The notes under the pieces: generated by a model
The model's database searches: none
The model's input: only the letters and a program-made list of their open reading frames with translations
Told to the model about the DNA's origin: nothing
Shown: positions 45,430 to 54,259 of the stretch, piece after piece
Numbering within the stretch: the first letter of the stretch is position 1
Layout: the number at the start of each line of letters is the position of its first letter
NCBI GenBank assembly: GCA_964647255.1
Contig: CAZYGI010000005.1
Coordinates: 624 to 64,623 of the forward strand
DNA length: 64,000 nt
Reading direction: 5' to 3'
From: an uncultured Anaerolineales bacterium
GTDB taxonomy: Bacteria > Chloroflexota > Anaerolineae > CG2-30-64-16
Program-made: the position numbers and the translations under genes

Positions 45430-45552
45430 TCCTTGCATGTCGGGAGTGGCGAGGCGACGGTGCAACGTCGTCTATGTTGAGCGAATGGATGCTTCACTGA
45501 CGATTCGCTGTAACGGGCTGTAAGCTGTTAGCTCGTTCAGCATGACCTTCTT

Positions 45553-46932
45553 ATGACGACCGATGTGCGAGAAACCACCATGACCGATACCGCTATCCTG
45601 CGTATGCCCGACGGCTTCCTGTGGGGCGCGGCGACCGCCGCACACCAGAACGAAGGCGGCAACCGCAACAACCAGTGGGCGGCCTGGGAGCAGCAGCCCG
45701 GCCGCATCCACAACGACGCCGTGGCCGGCAAGGCAACCGACTGGTGGAACCTGGAGACCGCCGAGGCCGATTTCGACCGCGCGGCCGAGCTCGGGCTGAA
45801 CAGCCTGCGCATCTCGGTCGAGTGGAGCCGGATCGAGCCGGAAGAGGGGCTGTTCGACCAGACCGCGCTGCGTAAGTACGCGGAGATGGTCGGCCTGCTG
45901 CGCGCCCGCGGCATCGAGCCGATGGTCACGCTGCACCACTTCACCGACCCGCTGTGGCTGACCGACCTGGGCGCGTGGGAAAACCCCAAGGTCGAGGACT
46001 ACTTCGCCCGTTTCACGACCCGCGTTGTGGAGGCGTTGGGCGATCAGGTGACGCTGTGGTGCACGGTCAACGAGCCGATCGTCTACGCGTACAATGGGTT
46101 CGCGGCCGGCGGAGCGTTCCCACCGGGCGCCAGCAACATCCGCCGCGCGTTCGGCGTGCTGCGGCAGATGATCCTGGCGCACGGCCGCGCCTACCGGACG
46201 ATCCATCGCCTGCAGAACGGCGCCCGCGTCGGCCTGGCGCACAATCACCGCGTCTACCTCCCGGCGAACCCGGCCAGGGCGCTGGATCGGCGCGCGGCAG
46301 CGCTGCTGGATCGCATGGCGAACGGCGCGGTCTACGCAGCGTTTACCCGCGGGAAGCTGCTGCCGCCGCTTGGCATGGGGCAGCGCGTCACCCCCCTGAT
46401 TGATGCCTGCGATTACATCGGCGTGAACTACTACACACCGGCGCGCGTCCGTTTCGACCCGCGCGCGCCGGGCCAGCTCTTTGCGCAGCAGTTCTACTCG
46501 CCCGAGGCCGAGCTGAGCGATGTGACGCCCACCGGCGAGGCGTATGGCGAGATTGCACCGGAGGGCCTCTACCTGGCGCTGATGCAGGCCGCGGCCTACG
46601 GCAAGCCGCTGTACGTCACCGAAAACGGCGTGCCCGATCACGACGACGACGTGCGCCCGCGCTTCATCGCCACGCACCTGGCCGAGACCTGGCGTGCGAT
46701 CCGGGACGGCGCGGACGTGCGGGGCTTCTATCACTGGACGCTGGTGGACAACTTCGAGTGGGCCGCCGCCTGGAGCCTGCGCTTCGGTTTGTTTGAGCTC
46801 GATCCGGCCACCCAGGCCCGCACCCCACGCACCAGCGCCGCGGTCTACAGCCGGATGGCCCAGGCCAACGGCCTGCCGGTCAGCCTGCTGGAGCGGGTGG
46901 CGCCGGGATATCGGCTGCAGGCTGAAAGATAG
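45553..46932 (+). CDS. glycoside hydrolase family 1 beta-glucosidase
   Basis: FLWGAATAAHQNEGG, acid/base TVNEP, nucleophile YVTENG, WTLVDNFEW. Alternative start ATG 45580. Confidence 0.9.
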   Translation: MTTDVRETTMTDTAILRMPDGFLWGAATAAHQNEGGNRNNQWAAWEQQPGRIHNDAVAGKATDWWNLETAEADFDRAAELGLNSLRISVEWSRIEPEEGLFDQTALRKYAEMVGLLRARGIEPMVTLHHFTDPLWLTDLGAWENPKVEDYFARFTTRVVEALGDQVTLWCTVNEPIVYAYNGFAAGGAFPPGASNIRRAFGVLRQMILAHGRAYRTIHRLQNGARVGLAHNHRVYLPANPARALDRRAAALLDRMANGAVYAAFTRGKLLPPLGMGQRVTPLIDACDYIGVNYYTPARVRFDPRAPGQLFAQQFYSPEAELSDVTPTGEAYGEIAPEGLYLALMQAAAYGKPLYVTENGVPDHDDDVRPRFIATHLAETWRAIRDGADVRGFYHWTLVDNFEWAAAWSLRFGLFELDPATQARTPRTSAAVYSRMAQANGLPVSLLERVAPGYRLQAER

Positions 46933-46970
46933 AGGTTGGAAGGTGGAGGCTGGTCTCCACCTTCCAACCT
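46933..46970. repeat. perfect 16-bp stem hairpin made of CTTCCAN-type heptamers
   Basis: AGGTTGGAAGGTGGAG gctggt CTCCACCTTCCAACCT, followed by ccaccttccaatttccagcttccag. Confidence 0.85.
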
Positions 46971-46996
46971 CCACCTTCCAATTTCCAGCTTCCAGT

Positions 46997-47025
46997 TTGG
47001 CCTTCTCGGCCTGATATGCTATACT
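46997..47025 (+). promoter_or_regulatory. promoter for tRNA-Lys
   Basis: TTGGCC, 17 nt, TGcTATACT. The -10 ends 11 nt before the tRNA 5' end. Confidence 0.45.
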
Positions 47026-47035
47026 TTCGTCCGTT

Positions 47036-47108
<73 letters not shown>

Positions 47109-47120
47109 CTCACTCGGATC

Positions 47121-47157
47121 AGCCGGCAGTGCTTCTGGTGCTGCCGGCTTTGTTTTT
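47121..47157 (+). terminator. intrinsic terminator after the tRNA
   Basis: AGCCGGCAG ... CTGCCGGCT followed by TTGTTTTT. Confidence 0.7.
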
Positions 47158-47160
47158 CGG

Positions 47161-47189
47161 TTGATTGTCAGGCGTTTCTGAGGTAAGAT
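47161..47189 (+). promoter_or_regulatory. candidate promoter for hsdR
   Basis: TTGATT, 17 nt, TAAGAT. Confidence 0.35.
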
Positions 47190-47245
47190 AGCACCCGGTT
47201 CGGCTGTGGACCCAAGCGATGTAACGCCTGAATGCTCACAGTGAG

Positions 47246-49801
47246 GTGCAAATCACAGTGTCCCCCAAAGAAGCCGCCGCCCGCATCAAGATCAACAAGC
47301 TGCTCGAAGCCGCCGGTTGGCGCTTCTTCCCCGATGGGAACGCGCCCGCCAATATCCGCCTGGAGCCCGCCGTCGCGCTCAAACCGGCCGATCTCGACGC
47401 GCTGGGCGAGAATTTCGAGAAGCCGAGCAAGGGCTTCGTGGATTTCTTGCTGCTCGACGCACGGGGCTTCCCGCTGATCGTCCTGGAGGCTAAAGCGGAG
47501 GACAAAAACCCGCTGATTGGCAAGGAGCAGGCCCGACGATACGCGCGGTCGCAGAACTGCCGCTTTGTGCTCCTCTCCAACGGCAACCTGCACTACTTCT
47601 GGGATCTCGAACGCGGCAACCCCTATCTGATCACGGCGTTCCCGACCCCTGCGTCGGTCACGGGTTATCAGAAGACCGTCCCCGACCCCCAGCGCCTCAT
47701 TGCGGAGATCGTCGAAGCCGACTACATCGTCCGCACCCAGCGCCCCGGCTATGCCGCCGAGGCCGCCTGGAAGAACGCGGCCGAGCGCCCCGGCTTCATC
47801 GAGGCCAACGGGCTGCGCTTCCTGCGCCCCTATCAGGTGAAGGCCGTCGCCGCGCTCCAGCGCGCGGTCAAGGAGGGCAAGGATCGCTTCCTGTTCGAGA
47901 TGGCGACAGGCACCGGCAAGACCCTCATCGCGGCGGCGGTCATCAAGCTCTTCCTGCGCACCGGCAACGCGCGGCGGGTCCTCTTTCTGGTAGATCGCCT
48001 GGAGCTTGAAGATCAGGCCAAGAAAGCGCTCAGCAAGGTGCTCGGCAACGACTATCAGGTCGTCATTTACAAAGAGAACCGCGACGACTGGCGCCGCGCC
48101 GATGTGGTCGTCACCACCGTCCAATCGCTGCTCTTCAACAACAAGTACCAGCAGCTCTTTTCGCCCACCGATTTCGACCTGGTGATCTCGGACGAGGCGC
48201 ACCGCTCCATTGGCGGCAACGCTCGCGCCGTCTTCGACTTCTTCGTCGGCTACAAACTCGGCCTGACCGCGACGCCGCGCGACTACCTCAAGCGGTTCGA
48301 TCGGGCCGGCCCAGCCACGCACGACCCGCGCGAGGTCGAGCGCCGGCTGCTGCTGGACACCTATCGCACCTTCGGCTGCGAAAACAGCCAGCCGACCTTC
48401 CGTTACTCGCTGCTCGACGGCGTGCGGGATGGCTTCCTGGTCAACCCGACCGTGGTGGACGCCCGCACCGACATCACCACGGCGCTGCTCTCGGCCGATG
48501 GGTTTGTGGTCGAATTCCGAGATGAGGAAGGCGACGACCAACGGGAAACGTTCAAGCAGCGCGAGTTCGAGAAGCGCTTCTTCGCCGACGCCACCAACCA
48601 GCTCCTTTGCAAGACTTTCCTGGAAAACGCCCTGCGCGACCCGATCAGCGGCGAGATCGGCAAGTCCATCGTCTTTGCGGTCAGCCAAAACCACGCGGCC
48701 AAGCTGGCGCAGATCCTCAACCAGATGGCCGATCGGATGTTCCCCGGCAAGTACCAGTCCGACTTCGCGGTGCAGGTCACGTCGCAGATCCCCGACGCCC
48801 AGCAGTTTACGATCAACTTCACCAACAACAACCTGCTCGGCTCGGCCAACTTCCTGTCGGCCTACCGGACCAGCAAGGCGCGCGTCTGCGTGACGGTCGG
48901 CATGATGACCACCGGCTACGACTGCCCGGACATCCTGAACCTCGGCCTCTTCCGGCCGATCTTCTCGCCCACCGACTTCATCCAGATCAAGGGCCGCGGC
49001 ACGCGCCGGCACAACTTCCTCGAACAGCTTTTCGACGACGGCCTCAAAGATGCCGTCACGCAGCCGCAGAAGACCGCCTACAAGCTCTTCGACTTCTTCG
49101 CCAACTGCGAGTACTTCGAGGAGGGGTACAACTACGACGAGGTGCTGAAGCTGCCCCGGCCCCAGGGCCAGGAGCGCGGCGAGGACAGCGATGGCACAGG
49201 CCCGACGGTGGCCGTCGGCGCCTACGAGCACCTGGGCGCGGACATCCTGGCGACGATCAAGGAAGAGACCATCGGCTTCGAGGGGATGAAGATTGACCGG
49301 ATGTTTTTCGAGAAGTTCGAGGACGCGGTGCGCGGGAACGCGGCCATCGCCAGGGAGATCGAGGCGTGCCGCTGGGAGCGCGCCGTGGACACCGTCAACC
49401 GGGAGGTTTTGAACAAGCCGGAGGAGTTCTACACCCTGGACAAACTGCGCAAAGCCGCGGCCGTGGACCGCCGCCTGACCCTGCGCGAGATCCTGGAGAA
49501 GGTCTTCGGCCTGATCCCGCGCTTCAAATCAAAGGATGAGCTGCTGGAGGAGGAGTTCGGCAAGTTCGTCGCCGACGCCCGGCCCACCGAGGTCGAGGCG
49601 ATCCCGGCGATCAAGACCTTCTTCAAGGCCTATGTGACCAGCGATCAGGTGCGCGGCATCATCGAGGCGAAGCAATTCACCGACCTGGCGACGAACCCGG
49701 TCTTTTCCACGCGCGATTTTCGGGCCGTGCCGGCGAAGTACCGCGCGTTGGTGCCGGAGTATGTCAAGGACTACGTCTCATTGAACCAGTTTGCAGCGTA
49801 G
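47246..49801 (+). CDS. hsdR: type I restriction endonuclease R subunit (EcoEI/IB-like)
   Basis: N-terminal PD-(D/E)xK-like D..LEAK, helicase motifs MATGTGKT, DEAH (VISDEAHRS), LGLTATP, QIKGRGTR; long helical C-terminal domain. Confidence 0.9.
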   Translation: MQITVSPKEAAARIKINKLLEAAGWRFFPDGNAPANIRLEPAVALKPADLDALGENFEKPSKGFVDFLLLDARGFPLIVLEAKAEDKNPLIGKEQARRYARSQNCRFVLLSNGNLHYFWDLERGNPYLITAFPTPASVTGYQKTVPDPQRLIAEIVEADYIVRTQRPGYAAEAAWKNAAERPGFIEANGLRFLRPYQVKAVAALQRAVKEGKDRFLFEMATGTGKTLIAAAVIKLFLRTGNARRVLFLVDRLELEDQAKKALSKVLGNDYQVVIYKENRDDWRRADVVVTTVQSLLFNNKYQQLFSPTDFDLVISDEAHRSIGGNARAVFDFFVGYKLGLTATPRDYLKRFDRAGPATHDPREVERRLLLDTYRTFGCENSQPTFRYSLLDGVRDGFLVNPTVVDARTDITTALLSADGFVVEFRDEEGDDQRETFKQREFEKRFFADATNQLLCKTFLENALRDPISGEIGKSIVFAVSQNHAAKLAQILNQMADRMFPGKYQSDFAVQVTSQIPDAQQFTINFTNNNLLGSANFLSAYRTSKARVCVTVGMMTTGYDCPDILNLGLFRPIFSPTDFIQIKGRGTRRHNFLEQLFDDGLKDAVTQPQKTAYKLFDFFANCEYFEEGYNYDEVLKLPRPQGQERGEDSDGTGPTVAVGAYEHLGADILATIKEETIGFEGMKIDRMFFEKFEDAVRGNAAIAREIEACRWERAVDTVNREVLNKPEEFYTLDKLRKAAAVDRRLTLREILEKVFGLIPRFKSKDELLEEEFGKFVADARPTEVEAIPAIKTFFKAYVTSDQVRGIIEAKQFTDLATNPVFSTRDFRAVPAKYRALVPEYVKDYVSLNQFAA

Positions 49802-49837
49802 GAATTTTAGATTTTCGATTGCGGATTGCGGATTGGA
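49802..49837. repeat. GATTNNN heptamer array (left bracket of the four-helix-bundle gene)
   Basis: gaatttta gattttc gattgcg gattgcg gattgga. Confidence 0.85.
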
Positions 49838-49844
49838 GGGCGCC

Positions 49845-50228
49845 ATGGATGAGCAGGAATTGAAGACGCGCACCAAACAGTTTGGCTTGCGGGTGGTGAA
49901 CCTGGTCGCCGCGCTGCCGAATACCACAGCGGGACGGGCCATTGGCAACCAGCTCGTGCGCAGCGGAACATCCGTGGGGGCAAATTACCGCGCAGCATGC
50001 CGCAGTCGGTCAAAGGCTGAGTTTATCGCCAAGATCGGCACAGTCGTCGAAGAGGCAGACGAATCGGCGTTCTGGCTTGAGATGATCGTTGAGGGTGGAC
50101 TTCTGAAAAACGAACTGGTGGCCCCGCTTCATCAGGAAGCGGAGGAACTGACGGCTATTTTCACCGCGTCTGCCCGCACCGCCAAGCAGAACAATCAGCA
50201 ATCACAAATCGGAAATCGAAAATGCTAG
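49845..50228 (+). CDS. four-helix-bundle protein (23S rRNA intervening-sequence protein family)
   Basis: FGLRVVNLVAALPNTTAGRAIGNQLVRSGTSVGANYRAACRSRSKAEFIAKIGTVVEEADESAFWLEM. GGAGG RBS. Confidence 0.85.
   Translation: MDEQELKTRTKQFGLRVVNLVAALPNTTAGRAIGNQLVRSGTSVGANYRAACRSRSKAEFIAKIGTVVEEADESAFWLEMIVEGGLLKNELVAPLHQEAEELTAIFTASARTAKQNNQQSQIGNRKC
50193..50223. repeat. AATCNNN heptamer array (right bracket, inverted relative to 49802-49837)
   Basis: aatcagc aatcaca aatcgga aatcgaa aat; encodes the C-terminal QQSQIGNRK tail. Confidence 0.85.
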
Positions 50229-52720
50229 ACGCCGACACCCGCCGCCGCATTGACACCGCCCGCGACATCCTCGTGGGCAAAGTGCCCGACCCCAAGAGCC
50301 AGGTCGAGCAGATCACCATCGCGCTGATCTACAAGTTCATGGATGACATGGACGCGGAGAGCGAGGAGTTCGGCGGGGTGCGCAAGTTCTTCGCCGGGGA
50401 GTTCGCGCGCTATGGCTGGGCCAGGCTGATGCACGCCGGGCTGGGCGGCTTCGAGACGCTGAACCTCTACGCCGAGGCGATCACCAAGATGCCGGAGAAC
50501 CCCGGCATCCCGCCCCTGTTCCGCAACATCTTCAAGAACGCCTACCTGCCCTACCGCGACCCTGAGACGCTGCGGATGTTCCTCAAGGTCATTGACGAGT
50601 TCACCTACGACCACAGTGAGCGGCTGGGCGACGCGTTCGAGTATCTGCTGTCGGTACTCGGCTCGCAGGGGGACGCGGGACAGTTCCGCACCCCGCGCCA
50701 CATCATTGACTTCATGGTCGCCGTGGTGGACCCGAAGAAGACCGAGACCGTGCTCGATCCGGCCTGCGGCACCGCGGGGTTCCTGATCTCCTCCTACAAG
50801 CACATCCTGCGGGCCAACACCGACGCGGACGGCCACAGCACGCTGACGCCGGATGAAAGGGGCCGCCTGGCGCAGAACTTCCACGGCTACGACATCTCGC
50901 CCGACATGGTGCGGCTGTCGCTGGTGAACCTCTACCTGCACGGGTTCGCCGACCCGCACATCTTCGAGTACGACACGCTGACCAGCCAGGAGCGCTGGCA
51001 CGAGTACGCCGATGTGATCCTCGCCAACCCGCCCTTTATGTCGCCCAAGGGGGGCATCAAGCCGCACAACCGCTTCTCGGTGCAGAGCAAGCGCAGCGAA
51101 GTGCTCTTTGTGGACTACATGGCCGAGCATCTGACGCCCGGCGGCCGCGCCGCCATCATTGTGCCCGAGGGGATCATCTTCCAGAGCCAGAACGCATACC
51201 GCGACCTGCGGAAGATGCTGGTGGACACGGCCCTGGTCGCCGTGGTTTCGCTGCCGGCCGGGGTGTTCCAGCCCTATTCCGGCGTCAAGACCTCGATCCT
51301 GATCCTCGACAAGGCGCTGGCGAAGCGGGCGGACGCCGTCGCCTTCTTCAAGGTGGAGAACGACGGCTTCGGCCTGGGCGCACAGCGCCGCGAGATTGAC
51401 CGGAACGACCTGCCGCAGGCCCAGGCCGAGATCGGCGAATACCTGCGCCGGCTGCGGACGGGGGAATCGGTGGCCGATTTCCGGCCCGCGTTGGGGCTGG
51501 TCGTGGAGAAAGCAAAGATCGCGGCGAATGGGGAGTACAATCTGAGCGGGGAACGGTATCGGGAGGGGACGGGCAGCGTGTCTGCATGGCCGCTGGTTTC
51601 AGTCGGGAGTGTTTTCTGTAAATCCGAAGAGTCAGTGTTACCCAAGACACTTCAGAACGCTGTGACCTATATCGGTCTCGAAAACCTGACACAGCATACG
51701 GGTGAGATCATAGGAAATATTGTCGCCGAGAAACCATCCGACATCAAGAGCCTGAAGAATGTTTTTTACCCAGGCGACCTTCTATATGGGAAGCTCCGCC
51801 CTAACCTGAACAAGGTTTGGGTGGCAGACCGAAAAGGTATCTGCTCAACTGATATTTTCGTGATTCGATCCATTGAAGGGCAGGCCATCCCCGCTCTTTA
51901 CGGCTATATCTTCCGTAGCGCGCGCTTCAACGACGCGGTCTTGGTGCAACTCAAGGGCGCGCAACTTCCAAGAATCGGGTGGTCATCGTTCGCGGAACTC
52001 CAAATCCCCCTCCCGCCACTTGACGTCCAGCAGGCGATCGTCGCGGAGATCGAGGGCTACCAGAAAGTCATCAACGGCGCCCGCGCCGTCCTCGACAACT
52101 ACCGCCCCCACATCCCCATCCAGCCTGACTGGCCGATGGTGGAGGTGCGAAAAGCCTGCATCGTGAATCCCAAAAAATCGGAGCTCGGCGATCTGCCCGG
52201 TTCCTTGCAGGTATCGTTTGTCCCAATGTCGGACGTCTCAACGAACGCCATGTTACTTGATGCAAGACAGACGAGGCGCTTGGATGAAGTGACTTCCAGT
52301 TATTCATACTTCAGGGATGGCGATGTGCTCATCGCCAAGGTTACGCCATGCTTCGAAAACGGGAAGGCTGGAGTAGCGCGCAACTTGGTGAACGGTGTTG
52401 GATTCGGCTCAAGTGAGCTTCACGTTTTACGGCCAACGAGGGACGTTCTCTCAGAATGGGTCTTCCTGTTTGTAGCAACTCCAGCCTTTAGGGCATCAGC
52501 CGTGCCAAAGATGACTGGCACCGGAGGGCTACAGCGCGTTCCTACGGCGGTTATCGAAGCTTACACCATTCCCCTCCCACCCCTCGCCACCCAGCAAGCC
52601 ATCGTCGCCGAGATCGAAGCCGAGCAGGCGCTGGTCGCGGCCAACCGCGAGCTGACCGCGCGCTTCGAGCGGAAGATCCAGGCGGCCCTGGCGCGGGTTT
52701 GGGGGGGAGGTTTGCCGTGA
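50222..52720 (+). CDS. hsdM: type I R-M methyltransferase fused to a two-TRD specificity subunit (HsdM-HsdS fusion)
   Basis: SAM motif LDPACGTAGFL, catalytic ILANPPF. C-terminal half has two HsdS-type TRDs, each ending in IPLPPL(D/A)xQQAIVAEIE. TRD DNA is visibly lower GC. Confidence 0.85.
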   Translation: MLDADTRRRIDTARDILVGKVPDPKSQVEQITIALIYKFMDDMDAESEEFGGVRKFFAGEFARYGWARLMHAGLGGFETLNLYAEAITKMPENPGIPPLFRNIFKNAYLPYRDPETLRMFLKVIDEFTYDHSERLGDAFEYLLSVLGSQGDAGQFRTPRHIIDFMVAVVDPKKTETVLDPACGTAGFLISSYKHILRANTDADGHSTLTPDERGRLAQNFHGYDISPDMVRLSLVNLYLHGFADPHIFEYDTLTSQERWHEYADVILANPPFMSPKGGIKPHNRFSVQSKRSEVLFVDYMAEHLTPGGRAAIIVPEGIIFQSQNAYRDLRKMLVDTALVAVVSLPAGVFQPYSGVKTSILILDKALAKRADAVAFFKVENDGFGLGAQRREIDRNDLPQAQAEIGEYLRRLRTGESVADFRPALGLVVEKAKIAANGEYNLSGERYREGTGSVSAWPLVSVGSVFCKSEESVLPKTLQNAVTYIGLENLTQHTGEIIGNIVAEKPSDIKSLKNVFYPGDLLYGKLRPNLNKVWVADRKGICSTDIFVIRSIEGQAIPALYGYIFRSARFNDAVLVQLKGAQLPRIGWSSFAELQIPLPPLDVQQAIVAEIEGYQKVINGARAVLDNYRPHIPIQPDWPMVEVRKACIVNPKKSELGDLPGSLQVSFVPMSDVSTNAMLLDARQTRRLDEVTSSYSYFRDGDVLIAKVTPCFENGKAGVARNLVNGVGFGSSELHVLRPTRDVLSEWVFLFVATPAFRASAVPKMTGTGGLQRVPTAVIEAYTIPLPPLATQQAIVAEIEAEQALVAANRELTARFERKIQAALARVWGGGLP

Positions 52721-52782
52721 ATGGGTTTGCCGTGAATGAGCCGTGAGAGTGAGCCGTCAATGAATTCACGGCCTGGTACGGC

Positions 52783-52842
52783 GAAACCGGCTGAAGCAGG
52801 TTGGACATGGGGGCCGCGCAACCCGCTTCAGCGGGTTTGGGA
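52783..52842. repeat. hairpin upstream of the Y1 transposase gene
   Basis: AAACCGGCTGAAGC ... GCTTCAGCGGGTTT (13/14 complementary, ~24-nt loop). Also tandem GTTTGCCGTGAATG x2 at 52706-52734 and CATTCGACGGCG x2 at 52856-52881. Confidence 0.7.
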
Positions 52843-52927
52843 TACCAGACGCCGAATTCATTCGACGGCGCATTCGACGGCGCTCCGGCGGCGCTTGATT
52901 CGGCAGCCCATGAAAAGGAGGGGTGAA

Positions 52928-53437
52928 ATGCCATTCTGGCGCACATATTACCATCTGGTATGGGCGACAAAGAATCGTGAACCGTTGATCGCACCGGAAA
53001 TCGAGCCGCGCCTGTACGCGTATATCGTCCACAAAGCCGCCGAGTTGGGCGCGTTCGTCTACGTCATCAACGGGTGCACCGATCACATCCATCTGGTTGT
53101 CGCTATTCCGCCTCACGTCTCTGTTTCCGAACTGGTCAAGCACCTCAAAGGCGCCTCCTCCCACGATCTGAATCAACAGGGACTTGAAGACCATTTCGCC
53201 TGGCAGCGTGGCTATGGTGTCCTGACTCTGGGCCAGCGCCAGAAAGCCGATGCCGAGTTGTATGTGAAACAGCAAAAAGAGCATCATCGCACAGGCAGTG
53301 CCATCCAATGGCTCGAACATTGCGCGGAAACGGACGAGGGACCCGAAGAGCTGTCATCGCCGGCCGCATTTCAACCGGTGCCAGCGATACGCGAATCACA
53401 GTCGGCCTATGATTCTCTCGGTGAACCGGCGTTTTAG
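52928..53437 (+). mobile_element. tnpA: IS200-like Y1 (HUH) transposase gene, no tnpB partner; possibly RAYT-like
   Basis: YYHLVWATKNREPLI, HUH motif DHIHLVV, catalytic Tyr region WQRGYGV. AAGGAGG RBS; track start 52736 trimmed. Confidence 0.85.
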
Positions 53438-53470
53438 GCCGCTGAATTTGAGCCTGGGAGGGGACCTGCC

Positions 53471-54157
53471 ATGGGCATCACCATCTTCTATCGCGGCGCC
53501 CTACGCGACATGGACGACCTGCCGCAACTGACGGCGTCGCTTCAGTTGGCATGCAGCCGGCTTGCATGGCCCTGCCGGCTCGTGGATGAGCGCGTCTTGG
53601 GGACTGGCGAACGCTTCAGGAGCACCGAGGTCGAGTCCGCTGACGGCATCCCCACCCACGCGCTAGAGGTCTACCTCGAGCCGGTGGACGACCACGTGCG
53701 AGGGGCCGTCATCTCGCCGCCCGGCTGCGAGACGCTACATCTCACCTTCAGCCGCACGGGCCGGCTGATTGAGTATGGCGCGGCGTTCGGCGAAAGCGCA
53801 CCGGGGCGCTATGGTCTGATCAACGAACACCTCTTCACCAAGACCCAGTTCAGCTCCCCGGAGGTGCACATCCAGGTCTGCGAACTGCTGCGGATCGTTG
53901 AGCCGTTCATGGCCGAGTGGGAGGTAGTGGACGAGGGCGACTACTGGGGAACCTGGGATGAACAGACCCTCCGAGATACATGGGCGCGCTACGACGCCGC
54001 ACTCTCCGCACTCTCCGATCCGGCGACGATGCAGCAGTTCCTCAAGGACGCAGGGTTGGATATTGAGGTCACTGAGCCACCGGAGGTGGGCAAGTGGCTG
54101 TCGGCCCCGCAGCCGGCCTGGCGCGACGATTGGGGCATCAGCGCCGGGGATAACTGA
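53471..54157 (+). CDS. hypothetical protein
   Basis: 228-aa ORF with GGGAGG RBS and host-like codon bias. No motif recognised. Confidence 0.5.
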   Translation: MGITIFYRGALRDMDDLPQLTASLQLACSRLAWPCRLVDERVLGTGERFRSTEVESADGIPTHALEVYLEPVDDHVRGAVISPPGCETLHLTFSRTGRLIEYGAAFGESAPGRYGLINEHLFTKTQFSSPEVHIQVCELLRIVEPFMAEWEVVDEGDYWGTWDEQTLRDTWARYDAALSALSDPATMQQFLKDAGLDIEVTEPPEVGKWLSAPQPAWRDDWGISAGDN

Positions 54158-54259
54158 ACCGTCGGTTTTCCGTGCCCCCAGCGCCGGCTTCCATTTGTCC
54201 TGAATGGGACTATAATCAACGATTGAGTGATCGGTCAAGGTTAACCAGGAGAAACTATC

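Noticed and set aside
45472-46974. 500-aa minus-strand ORF (similarly 47168..49231, 43793..45142, 59668..61101)
   Set aside because: These are antisense to the GH1 glucosidase, hsdR, the dCMP deaminase/PT-rich protein, and pstA/pstB. The sense genes carry diagnostic motifs.
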